Shown one piece after another: positions 7,936 through 16,281 of a stretch of DNA of 59,529 nt; within the stretch, counting starts at the first letter, position 1; every line of letters begins with the position of its first letter. Source of the stretch: Candidatus Limnocylindrales bacterium (lineage in GTDB: Bacteria; Chloroflexota; Limnocylindria; Limnocylindrales; CSP1-4); NCBI GenBank assembly GCA_035764655.1, contig DASTYU010000071.1, positions 1-59,529 of the forward strand. The letters run 5' to 3'. The notes under the pieces were generated by a model that saw only the letters and a list, made by a program, of their open reading frames with translations, was not told the origin of the DNA and did not search any database. The position numbers and the translations under genes were made by a program.

Positions 7936-7975
7936 CGGACTCTAGCACACGCCCCCGTGGCACACTGCGGGCGCC

Positions 7976-8911
7976 ATGGCACCCGTGAATCGCCGCATGC
8001 TCGTTGCCGCCATCCTCGCCCTGACCGTTATGGCGGTCGCGGCCGGCTGCGAGCAACCGGCCGAAGACGCGGCCATGACCGACGGCCTGCTGGTCCTGTC
8101 GGGCGACGTGGGCTCGGTCACGTTGCGCGTGCGCGAGGGCGGCCGAGGTCGTCGCATCGAGCTGCCCGATCCGGCCACGTCCTGGGTCGCGGCCGGCCGT
8201 ACGAACGTGCTCCTCGCCACGCTCGTCGACGGGCGAACGTACGTCAGCGGGCCGCTCGGCGACGAGGACCTCGAATGGCGGCTGGTGGAACCGGTCACGC
8301 TGACCGATCTGCCGCCGCAACCGCCGCTGTTCTTCGGCACCTGGGATCCGCCGGGAGCGGCGTACGCGCAGCTCGGGGCGGATTTCTCCGATGGCGGCGG
8401 GATGCGCGCAGTGGTGGTCGATCCGGCCCTCGAGCAGGCCGTCGAGGTGGCGGTGGAAGACGGCCAGGCGGCGCCCGCACCGGCGGCATGGATCGACGAC
8501 GACCGCGTCGTGATCGTTGCGGCGACCGGCGATGACGGCGACGCGGTGATCGTGGACTCGGCCACCCAGGAGACGCAGTCGGGACCGGCTGGCGTGCGCC
8601 TCGTGGCAACATCGGCCGATGCGTCGACGGCCGCCGTGTGGCGTGGCTCGGGCGAGCCCGTCGAGATCCAGTCGACGGAGAGCTGGCTCGCCCAACAACC
8701 AGCCAGCATCCGCATCGACGTGCCGGACAACGCCGCGGGGCCGGCCGTCATGGCCCTGGACGCGGAAGGCGAGCGGCTGGCAGTCGTCTGGACCGACGGA
8801 GACGGGACGCCCCTCGGCATCGCGGTCTACGCGGCCTCGAGCAACTGGGGCCGAGTCGCCTCGCTCGAGCTGGGCGAGGCTGCAGCGGCGACCGTGGCCT
8901 GGCTGCGCTGA
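7976..8911 (+). CDS. Lipoprotein of unknown function
   Basis: MLVAAILALTVMAVAAGC lipobox. The remainder is beta-rich with recurring D/G-rich turns. Divergent from the riboswitch promoter. The true start could be ATG 7997. Confidence 0.7.
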   Translation: MAPVNRRMLVAAILALTVMAVAAGCEQPAEDAAMTDGLLVLSGDVGSVTLRVREGGRGRRIELPDPATSWVAAGRTNVLLATLVDGRTYVSGPLGDEDLEWRLVEPVTLTDLPPQPPLFFGTWDPPGAAYAQLGADFSDGGGMRAVVVDPALEQAVEVAVEDGQAAPAPAAWIDDDRVVIVAATGDDGDAVIVDSATQETQSGPAGVRLVATSADASTAAVWRGSGEPVEIQSTESWLAQQPASIRIDVPDNAAGPAVMALDAEGERLAVVWTDGDGTPLGIAVYAASSNWGRVASLELGEAAAATVAWLR

Positions 8912-8942
8912 GGCGACTGGCGGTTGCGGACCGAACACGCCG

Positions 8943-8965
8943 AGGCCCGGCGCTCGGCCGGGCCT
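8943..8965. terminator. Bidirectional hairpin between convergent genes
   Basis: aggcccggc-gctcg-gccgggcct, a 9-bp stem between the lipoprotein stop (8911) and the SWIM gene stop (9005). Confidence 0.45.
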
Positions 8966-9004
8966 GCGGGCTGACGGTCAGCGGGGTCGGGCGACCCCCC
9001 TGGC

Positions 9005-9280
9005 TCAGGCGGTAACGGGCTGTCCTGCGGTGAAGATCGACACCTGCGACTCCTCGGGGAGCATGACCCCGAAGACCTTCTGGAGCGTCAGCAGGTGGAC
9101 GCATGAACCCCAACTCTCGAAGTAATGGCAGGTGCAATGCCACTGGCCGGCGTCGAGGCTGACGTGGTGGGTGTCGTTGTCACCGCGGAACGTCAGGCTG
9201 AGGCGGTCGATCGTCATCCGATCGAGCTCCCGCGCGTAGCGGTTCGCCTTCTCGACCTTGCCGATCAGTGAGCTGTGCAT
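9005..9280 (-). CDS. SWIM zinc-finger domain protein (91 aa)
   Basis: CxCxnCxH signature in WHCTCHYFESWGSCVHLL. ATG at 9280. The upstream part of ORF 9005..9613 is Arg/Pro-rich and looks like non-coding read-through. Confidence 0.75.
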   Translation of the reverse strand: MHSSLIGKVEKANRYARELDRMTIDRLSLTFRGDNDTHHVSLDAGQWHCTCHYFESWGSCVHLLTLQKVFGVMLPEESQVSIFTAGQPVTA

Positions 9281-9448
9281 CGACAGGTACCTCCGTCGCC
9301 CTCTCGGGCGCTCCCAGGGCCGCCGTCCGGTCTCTGCACCAAGCGACCGGTGGTGGCGGTCGTGGGTGAATTGTAGCCCGCCAGTGGAGGCGCGGTCATC
9401 CCGGAAAATGGTCGGGGGCGGGCTGCGCGGGATTCCACCTCTCCCGGC

Positions 9449-9490
9449 GATGCGACTTCCCGGCATTCTTGATGCGACTTCCCGGCATTC
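9449..9490. repeat. Tandem direct repeat, 2 x GATGCGACTTCCCGGCATTC (22-bp period)
   Basis: Copies at 9449-9468 and 9471-9490 are identical. Each has dyad ends GATGC...GCAT. Confidence 0.85.
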
Positions 9491-9537
9491 GGGGGAGTCG
9501 CGCTCGCGGGAGGTGCCGGGTGTCGGGTTCGCGCACC

Positions 9538-9555
9538 GATGCCTGGAACGTCCAC
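9538..9555. repeat. Degenerate inverted copy of the 9449 motif
   Basis: GATGCCTGGAACGTCCAC matches the inverted copy at 9863 in 13 of 18 positions. Confidence 0.5.
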
Positions 9556-9862
9556 GCGGAGAGAGCCGCGCTGTCTCACTCTGGCCGGGCCGGCCCGTGC
9601 CGCCCTGGCGCACCGCGTATCGCCCACATCATGCTGCGTGCAGCAACACAGCACTCAAGCCTGCACGACGTCGCCGGCAGCGGTGCTTGTCGACCACTCG
9701 ATCGTGCCCGTTCGTGCCAGGGCGCCCGGTGATCGATTACGGGCCGACGCGTCCCGACCCGGGAGTGCTTGACGCGTCGCTCTGTGCTCCCAGCACGAAT
9801 GGATGCGCTTCGGGCGCGGGCAAGCCGTCCCCTCATGGCCACGCGCGGGACGAGCCCGGCCT

Positions 9863-9881
9863 GATGCCGGGAAGTTGCATC
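9863..9881. repeat. Inverted copy of the 9449 motif (GATGCCGGGAAGTTGCATC)
   Basis: The reverse complement GATGCAACTTCCCGGCATC differs from GATGCGACTTCCCGGCAT at one position. Perfect GATGC-N9-GCATC dyad. Confidence 0.8.
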
Positions 9882-9922
9882 GCGGACGGGGGTGCTGTTC
9901 GCCGCCGAGCGTGCCGACGATC

Positions 9923-10294
9923 TCAGGCCTCGGAAGTTCCCTCGCGGCCGTAGTCGTCCTCGAGCCGGACGACGTCGTCCAGCTCGGGCGTCGACACCTC
10001 CATCAGCTCGACCCGCTCGAGCGCCTCGTAGCGGTGGATCCGTCCCGTGGCCACGCGCCGGTGGTCACCGGGACCGAGCTCCTCGGTCTGCACCACACCG
10101 TCATCGTCCTCGAGGGACAGCCGCAGCCGCCCCGACAGCACGTAGATCGCCTCGTCCTTGATCTCGTGCCGCTGCAGTGACAGCCGCTTCCCGGTTTCGA
10201 TGAGCAGCACTTTCCCAACGTAGCGGTCGGTATGCGCCCAGATGAGCTCGTGGCCCCACGGCTTCGGGACGTGGCGGGCGCCCGTCACCGTCAC
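9923..10294 (-). CDS. Cupin-domain protein resembling the C-terminal cupin of type II mannose-6-phosphate isomerase/GMP
   Basis: PKPWGHELIWAHTDRYVGKVLLIETGKRLSLQRHEIKDEAIYVLSG...GDHRRVATGRIHRYEA. GTG 10294 overlaps the PMM stop (GTGA). Confidence 0.75.
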   Translation of the reverse strand: MTVTGARHVPKPWGHELIWAHTDRYVGKVLLIETGKRLSLQRHEIKDEAIYVLSGRLRLSLEDDDGVVQTEELGPGDHRRVATGRIHRYEALERVELMEVSTPELDDVVRLEDDYGREGTSEA

Positions 10295-11772
10295 GAGCCG
10301 CGTACCAGTCGCTCGCCCGCCACCAGCAGCTCTTCGCGCAGGTCCGCGGATGTCGCCTCGGTATAGACGCGGACGAGGGGCTCGGTGCCGCTGGCGCGCA
10401 CCAGCAGCCACGACCCGTCGTCGAGGAAGAACTTGAAGCCATCGGCCGTGCTCAGGGCATCGGTCCGGGCGACCGGGTGGCCGGCCAGGGCAGATGGCTG
10501 CGATTCGGCCAGATCGACCAGCAGGCGCCGCTTGGTCTCGGGGTACGCGGAGCGCTCCACGTGCACGTCGGTCCGCCGGTAAAACGACGGTCCGGCGAGC
10601 TGATGGAAGTGTTCCAGCGCCTTGGACACGGGCCGGCGACCGGCGGCCTTCTCGCGCAGGAACAGGTCGAGCAGGAGGAGGTCGGCGTAGATGCCGTCGC
10701 GCTCGGGGAGGTGCATCCCGAACCCGAAGCCGCCCGACTCCTCGGCGCCCATCATCGCGCCCGTCTCGATCATCTTCGGACCGATGAACTTGAAGCCGAC
10801 CGGGACCTCGTGCGTGGCGATCCCGTAGTGCTCGCCGAGCCGGGTGCCCATCGACGTGTTGTTGACGCTGATGACCACGGGATCGCGCCAGCCCCGGTGC
10901 TCGGCCAGGTAGTACATGAGCAGGCCGGTGACCTGCAGCTGGTGGATGAACGTGCCCTGCTCGTCGGCTGCGCCGGCGCGGTCCGCGTCGCCGTCGAGGA
11001 ACAGCCCCAGGTCGTAGCCGCCCCCGGCGATGATCCCGAGTGCCTCATCGATGTGCGGCCGGATCGGTTCGGGGTTGACGCCGCCGAAGTACGGGTTGCG
11101 CTCCTGGTGCAGCTCGGTGACGCGGATGCGGCCGCCGGCGAGCAGCCGGCTCAACCAGCCCGCCCCCGAGCCCCACAGGGGCTCGACGAGCACGGACATG
11201 TCGGCGGCGCGCAGTGCATCGAGGTCGACGGTGCGGCGTACGAACGCCTCGTACCCGTCATACGGATCGAACCGCTCGACCAGTCCGGCCGCCTCGGCGT
11301 CGCTGAACGGCCGCCGTTCGATCGGCACCCCGCCGTTGCGTGCGATCTGTGCTTCGAGCGCGGTGAGGATCTCGGGGCCCGCCGCGGCGCCGGACGGCGC
11401 CTTGACCTTGAACCCGTTGTCGGTCCACGGGTTGTGGCTCGCCGTGATGACGATTCCGGCAGCAGCGCCGCGCGAGACCACCTCGTACGAGCTCATCTGG
11501 GTCGGCACCGCGCGAGACGCGAATACGACCGGGATGTCGCGGGCAAGGAGGATTTCCGCGGCGGCCTGGGCGAAATGCTCGGACGCGAAGCGCCGGTCGT
11601 AGGCGACGACCACGCCCTTGGCGGCGGCTCCCTGGTCGACGACGTACTGGGCGACGCCATCGGCGCAACGACGCACGTTGTCGAACGTGTAGTCCTCGGC
11701 GATCCGGGCTCGCCAGCCGTCGGTCCCGAAGACGATCGAGGTCGGTGCGGCCACGCCAGCGGGTGTCGTCAT
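10291..11772 (-). CDS. Phosphomannomutase/phosphoglucomutase (alpha-D-phosphohexomutase family)
   Basis: Active-site loop ITASHNPWTDNGFKV, metal loop FLDGDADR, GAEESGG sugar-binding loop. Confidence 0.9.
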   Translation of the reverse strand: MTTPAGVAAPTSIVFGTDGWRARIAEDYTFDNVRRCADGVAQYVVDQGAAAKGVVVAYDRRFASEHFAQAAAEILLARDIPVVFASRAVPTQMSSYEVVSRGAAAGIVITASHNPWTDNGFKVKAPSGAAAGPEILTALEAQIARNGGVPIERRPFSDAEAAGLVERFDPYDGYEAFVRRTVDLDALRAADMSVLVEPLWGSGAGWLSRLLAGGRIRVTELHQERNPYFGGVNPEPIRPHIDEALGIIAGGGYDLGLFLDGDADRAGAADEQGTFIHQLQVTGLLMYYLAEHRGWRDPVVISVNNTSMGTRLGEHYGIATHEVPVGFKFIGPKMIETGAMMGAEESGGFGFGMHLPERDGIYADLLLLDLFLREKAAGRRPVSKALEHFHQLAGPSFYRRTDVHVERSAYPETKRRLLVDLAESQPSALAGHPVARTDALSTADGFKFFLDDGSWLLVRASGTEPLVRVYTEATSADLREELLVAGERLVRGS

Positions 11773-12851
11773 CAGGCCTCCGGCTGCGAGCAGCGCCGCA
11801 GCATGTCCTCGATCCGGGCGGCGTCGGCCGTCGCTCCGCGGAGGACCGCGATGGTCTGCAGCGCGGTCATGCTACCGCTCTCGAGGACCGGGATGAGACC
11901 GAGCCGGCCCTGGAGACGGCGCACCACGAGGTCGCCCGAGGTTGTCGGGACCGTCTCGCCCGCCTGCACGAGGTCGCCGGTCCCGGCGGCGCCGATGGCA
12001 CTCAGCAGCGCGCTCCAGCTGCCGATGTCCGACCAGCCCACGTCCATGGCGGCCATCACGACGCGACCGTCGCGAGCGGCCGCCTCCATCACCGCGTGAT
12101 CGATGGAGATCGGCTTGATGCCGTCGTAGGCCTTCTCGAGGAGCGTCGGCGTTCGGTACACCGGTTCGAGCGACTGGATCAGACCTGTGTAGCGCTGGAG
12201 GACCGAACGGATGGCTCGACGCCGCCACAGGAACATGCCCGCGTTCCACGCGGCCCCGGGGAGTGCCTGGATCTGGACGGCCCGTTCCAGCTTCGGCTTC
12301 TCCTCGAAGCCGCGCAGCGGGTACGCGTCCAATCCGGCCACGCTCTCGCGACGCTCGAAACTCGGGATGAGATAGCCGTACTCGGTCGCCGGCCGGTCCG
12401 CCTGGATACCGAGGGTGACCAGCGGGTCCTCGATGTCGAAGGCGCCCGTGGCCAGGTGGTTCGCCGCCTTCCACAGGACCGACCGGAAGACGCCCTCGCG
12501 CGCCGGGTCGATCGCGTGGTCCGCGGGGAGCACGACCATTACCTCGTCGTCGGGCCGGTCGATGGCGAGCGTCGCGTAGGCGATCGCCGCGGCGGTGTTC
12601 CGGGCGTGCGGCTCGGCCAGCACGGCGATTCCCGGGAGCTGATCCTCGACGTGGCGTACGTAGCTCGTGTGGGTCACCACGGTGATGTCCTGGGGTCGCA
12701 GCGCGAGCTCGCCGCCATCCACCAGGCGAGCTACCGTCAGCTGCAGCAGAGAATGCCGCCCGAGCAGTGGCAGGAAGGGCTTGGGGCGTTCGGGCCGGCT
12801 GAGGGGGTGCAGCCGGGTCCCACCGCCGCCGGCCAGGATGACGGCGTACAT
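11772..12851 (-). CDS. manC: Mannose-1-phosphate guanylyltransferase (nucleotidyltransferase domain only)
   Basis: MYAVILAGGGGTRLHPLSRPERPKPFLPLLG N-terminal NTP-transferase signature, with a GMP-type middle domain. No C-terminal cupin. Confidence 0.88.
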   Translation of the reverse strand: MYAVILAGGGGTRLHPLSRPERPKPFLPLLGRHSLLQLTVARLVDGGELALRPQDITVVTHTSYVRHVEDQLPGIAVLAEPHARNTAAAIAYATLAIDRPDDEVMVVLPADHAIDPAREGVFRSVLWKAANHLATGAFDIEDPLVTLGIQADRPATEYGYLIPSFERRESVAGLDAYPLRGFEEKPKLERAVQIQALPGAAWNAGMFLWRRRAIRSVLQRYTGLIQSLEPVYRTPTLLEKAYDGIKPISIDHAVMEAAARDGRVVMAAMDVGWSDIGSWSALLSAIGAAGTGDLVQAGETVPTTSGDLVVRRLQGRLGLIPVLESGSMTALQTIAVLRGATADAARIEDMLRRCSQPEA

Positions 12852-12893
12852 GTGGCGCTCATCGTAACGGCGCGCCCCGCCCCGCGCGGCTCC

Positions 12894-13010
12894 CTAGAAG
12901 CTGGGCGGCGTCACGCAGAAGAGGACGGTTGCGGGCTCCTCGCCGCGGTTGATGTTCCAGTGCGGCAGCCGCGACGGGAACGTGATGGCGTCGCCCTTGC
13001 GCAAGTGGTG
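12894..13010 (-). pseudogene. Orphan C-terminal fragment of a cupin(-regulator) gene, 38 codons, no start
   Basis: Reads HHLRKGDAITFPSRLPHWNINRGEEPATVLFCVTPPSF*. This is the typical last beta-strands of a cupin (G-D-x-I-x-F-P-x-x-x-P-H...TPPSF). It begins immediately after the metK TAG, in the same frame. Confidence 0.5.
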
Positions 13011-14246
13011 CTACTCGGCGACGGCGACCGGCTCCAGCTTCGGTTCCGGCAGGCCGGCGTCCGCGGCGAGGAGCGCCGCCTTGTCGGTGCGCTCCCAGGG
13101 CAGGTCGAGGTCCTCGCGGCCGAAGTGGCCGTAGGCCGCGGTCTGGCGGTAGATCGGCCGGCGCAGCTCGAGCCCGGCGATGATCGAGGCGGGCCGCAGG
13201 TCGAAATGCCGCTCGACGAGCTTCAGGATCTCGTCGTCCGCAACGGTCCCCGTCCCGAACGAATCGACCGACAGGCTCACCGGCCGCGCGATGCCGATCC
13301 CGTAGGCGACCTCGACCTCGAACCGGTCGGCCAGCCCGGCCGCGACCACGTTCTTCGCCACCCACCGAGCCGCGTACGCGGCGGACCGGTCCACCTTCGT
13401 CGGATCCTTGCCGCTGAACGCACCGCCACCATGGCGCGCCATCCCGCCGTATGAATCCACGATGATCTTGCGGCCGGTCAGCCCCGCATCGCCCATCGGG
13501 CCGCCGGTGACGAAGCGCCCGGTCGGGTTCACGTGCATGACCGGGTCGTGGTGGCGGAGCTCGTGGGGGATCGTCGACAGGACCACCGCTTCCACGATCT
13601 CGCTGCGCAGTCGCTCGGGGCGAATGTCGGGGTCGTGCTGGGCCGAGACGACCACCGTCTTGACCCGCTTCGGGACGCCGCGCTCGTACTCGATCGTGAC
13701 CTGCGTCTTGCCGTCCGGGCGAAGGTACGGCAGCTGGCCCGACTTGCGCGCCTCGGCCAGGCGGCGCGCCATGCGGTGCGCAAGCGCGATCGGCATCGGC
13801 ATCAGCTCGGGCGTCTCGCGGCAGGCGAAGCCGAACATCATCCCCTGGTCGCCTGCGCCCAGCTCCTCGGACGTTGCGTGGTCCTCGCGGACCTCCAGCG
13901 CCGCGTCGACACCCTGCGCGATATCGGCCGACTGCTCCTTGATCGACACGAGCGTGCCGCAGGTGAGGTAGTCGAATCCGTAGTCGGCCTTGGTGTAGCC
14001 GATGTCCTTGACGACGTCGCGGACGATCGTTGGCACGTCGATGTACTCGGCTTCGGTGCTGATCTCGCCGAGGACCATGACGAGGCCGGTGGTCGTGGCG
14101 GTCTCGCAGGCGACGCGCGCGTACGGGTCCTGGCGGATGAACGCATCGAGGATCGCGTCGCTGATCTGGTCGCACATCTTGTCCGGGTGGCCTTCGGTGA
14201 CCGACTCGGACGTGAAGAGATACTGCTCGGCGTCGACGATGCTCAT
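13011..14246 (-). CDS. metK: S-adenosylmethionine synthetase
   Basis: [56 protein letters not shown]. Confidence 0.97.
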   Translation of the reverse strand: MSIVDAEQYLFTSESVTEGHPDKMCDQISDAILDAFIRQDPYARVACETATTTGLVMVLGEISTEAEYIDVPTIVRDVVKDIGYTKADYGFDYLTCGTLVSIKEQSADIAQGVDAALEVREDHATSEELGAGDQGMMFGFACRETPELMPMPIALAHRMARRLAEARKSGQLPYLRPDGKTQVTIEYERGVPKRVKTVVVSAQHDPDIRPERLRSEIVEAVVLSTIPHELRHHDPVMHVNPTGRFVTGGPMGDAGLTGRKIIVDSYGGMARHGGGAFSGKDPTKVDRSAAYAARWVAKNVVAAGLADRFEVEVAYGIGIARPVSLSVDSFGTGTVADDEILKLVERHFDLRPASIIAGLELRRPIYRQTAAYGHFGREDLDLPWERTDKAALLAADAGLPEPKLEPVAVAE

Positions 14247-14321
14247 TGGCCCTCCAGGTTCGCGTCCGAGCCTACCACGGGCCGGCAGGCCCGCCCGCCG
14301 GTACCGGCGTACGGGGTGCGA

Positions 14322-16277
14322 TCACGTTCCGGCGCGGACGGTGCTTCGAACCAGCTCGACCGGTTTGATCGCGTCGGCGGGTTCGAAACCGAAGACCTGC
14401 CCGAGGAATGACAGCTGCGCCTCGAGCGTGCGGCGCTGCGCCGTCTCGCCGCGGAAGCCGTGACCCTCGCCCTCGAAGGCGAGGTAGGCGTACGGGATGC
14501 CGTTCTCCGCGAGGGCCGCCACGATCTGCTCGGCCTGCGCAGGGAGGACCACCTTGTCGTCGAGACCCTGCAGCACGAGCACGGGGCAGCTGATTCGGTC
14601 GAACGCATAGACCGGCGAGCGCTCGCGGTAGCGCGCCGCGGCCTCGGGGAGTGGCCCCACGAGCCGGTCCGTGTAGCGCGATTCGAACTTGTGGGTGTGC
14701 CTGGCGAGCGCCTCGATATCCCCCACCCCGAACAACGAGATGCCCGCCCGGAAGACGTCGGTGAACGCGAGCGCCGCGAGCGTCGTGAAGCCGCCCGCGC
14801 TGCCGCCCATGATCGCCATCCGTTGCGGGTCGACGTCGCCGCGGTCGGCCAGGAACAGTGCCGCCGCCACACAGTCCTCGACGTCGACTTTGCCCCAGTT
14901 GCCGTTGAGCAGCTGGCGGTACGAGCGGCCATACCCGGTGCTCCCGCCGTAATCGACGTCGACGACCGCGATCCCGCGGCTGGTGAAGAACTGGCGCGAC
15001 AGCTCGAGGCCCGTCGAGGCGTTCGACGTCGGGCCGCCGTGCGTCAGGACGACGAGCGGCGGCTGCTCCGCGGCCGGTCCCTCGAAGTCGGCGTTGACCG
15101 GCGCGTAGAACAGGGCGTGGGCGACACGCCCGCCCGACGTCGCGTACTCGATCGGTTCGGGGCGCGAGATATAGGCCGGTTCGGGCGCGAACGCGCTGGC
15201 CGCGCGCACGACCTCGATCGGTTCAAGCGTCTCCGGGTCGAATCGGACAATGGCCGTCGGCCGATCGGGCGCACCAACCAGCGCCGCAACCGAGCCCTGC
15301 GACGCCATCAGCCCTTCGAACTCGCTGAACGGCGTGACGACCTCGCCGACGAGATGGTCCTGGAGGACGTGGAACAGCCGGTCGTGGCTTCCGCTCCGCG
15401 CGGCCGCGACGATGCTGCCGTCCGGGAGGAATGCATACGACGAACGTCCGAAGATCCAGGCCGGATCGGCGAACTCGGCATCCATGGGCGCGAGCGCCTC
15501 GAGTCGCGGGCCTTCGGCCAGGTGGTACAGATTCCACCAGCCGCTGCGGTCGCTGACGAAGTGCAGGTCGCCCTCGGCGGACCATTCCGGCTGGGCGATG
15601 GACTCGTCCATGCCACCGGCCGCGAGTTCGGGTGTGCCGAGCGAGCCGTCCTCGTTGATCGTCGCGACGCGCAGTCGCGTGGCATCCCACGGCATGTCCG
15701 GGAGGTCCCACTCGAGCCACGCCAGCAGGTCGCCGGCCGGCGAGACGCGCGGGGCCGCCACGAAGTCCGGTCCGCCATACAGCACGACCGGCGGCGTCTC
15801 GCCATCGAGGGGCACGGCAACCAGCTCGTTGCGAGGCTGGTCCTCGCCCGAGTGGTCCTCGCGCACGCACACGAACCGCCGCCGCGATGCGTCGAAGCGG
15901 AGGTCGGCATAGCGCCACGGACCCTCGGGTGTGATCGCCACGGCGCCCGTTGCGCCCGGGTCGATCCGGTACAGCCGGCCGTCCCGGAAGTCCGAGTACA
16001 CCGCGATCCCACCGGCCACCGTGTACGAGCCACCGCCGTACTCGTGCACGCGCGTGCGGACGTTCGCCGGGGCCGGCGTCAATTCCGAGGTCGTGCCGTC
16101 CGGCTCGCGGCGCACGAGGACGCGGCGGCCACCCTCCCAGGGTCGCCCCTCGAGCCAGTACAGGTCGTCACCGTCAAGCCACGGCTCCCCGAGCAGGATC
16201 GTCTGGCCCACGACGTGGTCGACGGAGATCGGCGAGCGCCACGAACCGTATGGCGCGACCGTTCGCTCGGTCGTCAC
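14322..16277 (-). CDS. S9-family serine peptidase (prolyl oligopeptidase/acylaminoacyl-peptidase-like)
   Basis: N-terminal beta-propeller region followed by an alpha/beta hydrolase domain with nucleophile motif GGSAGGFT and C-terminal EGHGF. Confidence 0.9.
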   Translation of the reverse strand: MTTERTVAPYGSWRSPISVDHVVGQTILLGEPWLDGDDLYWLEGRPWEGGRRVLVRREPDGTTSELTPAPANVRTRVHEYGGGSYTVAGGIAVYSDFRDGRLYRIDPGATGAVAITPEGPWRYADLRFDASRRRFVCVREDHSGEDQPRNELVAVPLDGETPPVVLYGGPDFVAAPRVSPAGDLLAWLEWDLPDMPWDATRLRVATINEDGSLGTPELAAGGMDESIAQPEWSAEGDLHFVSDRSGWWNLYHLAEGPRLEALAPMDAEFADPAWIFGRSSYAFLPDGSIVAAARSGSHDRLFHVLQDHLVGEVVTPFSEFEGLMASQGSVAALVGAPDRPTAIVRFDPETLEPIEVVRAASAFAPEPAYISRPEPIEYATSGGRVAHALFYAPVNADFEGPAAEQPPLVVLTHGGPTSNASTGLELSRQFFTSRGIAVVDVDYGGSTGYGRSYRQLLNGNWGKVDVEDCVAAALFLADRGDVDPQRMAIMGGSAGGFTTLAALAFTDVFRAGISLFGVGDIEALARHTHKFESRYTDRLVGPLPEAAARYRERSPVYAFDRISCPVLVLQGLDDKVVLPAQAEQIVAALAENGIPYAYLAFEGEGHGFRGETAQRRTLEAQLSFLGQVFGFEPADAIKPVELVRSTVRAGT

Positions 16278-16281
16278 CGGC

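Noticed and set aside
6623-8938. 771-aa ORF that would be a giant permease fusion.
   Set aside because: Only the last 361 codons look like a FecCD permease. The upstream part runs through the cobalamin riboswitch and antisense to the lipoprotein gene at 7976-8911.
9449-9490. Possible CRISPR array.
   Set aside because: There are only two directly abutting 20-bp copies separated by 2 nt. There are no spacers of CRISPR length and no cas genes in the window.
14247-14321. SAM riboswitch upstream of metK.
   Set aside because: Only ~75 nt separate metK from the peptidase gene. That sequence is a GC hairpin (ccggcgggcgggcctgccgg) with none of the SAM-I core elements I know.
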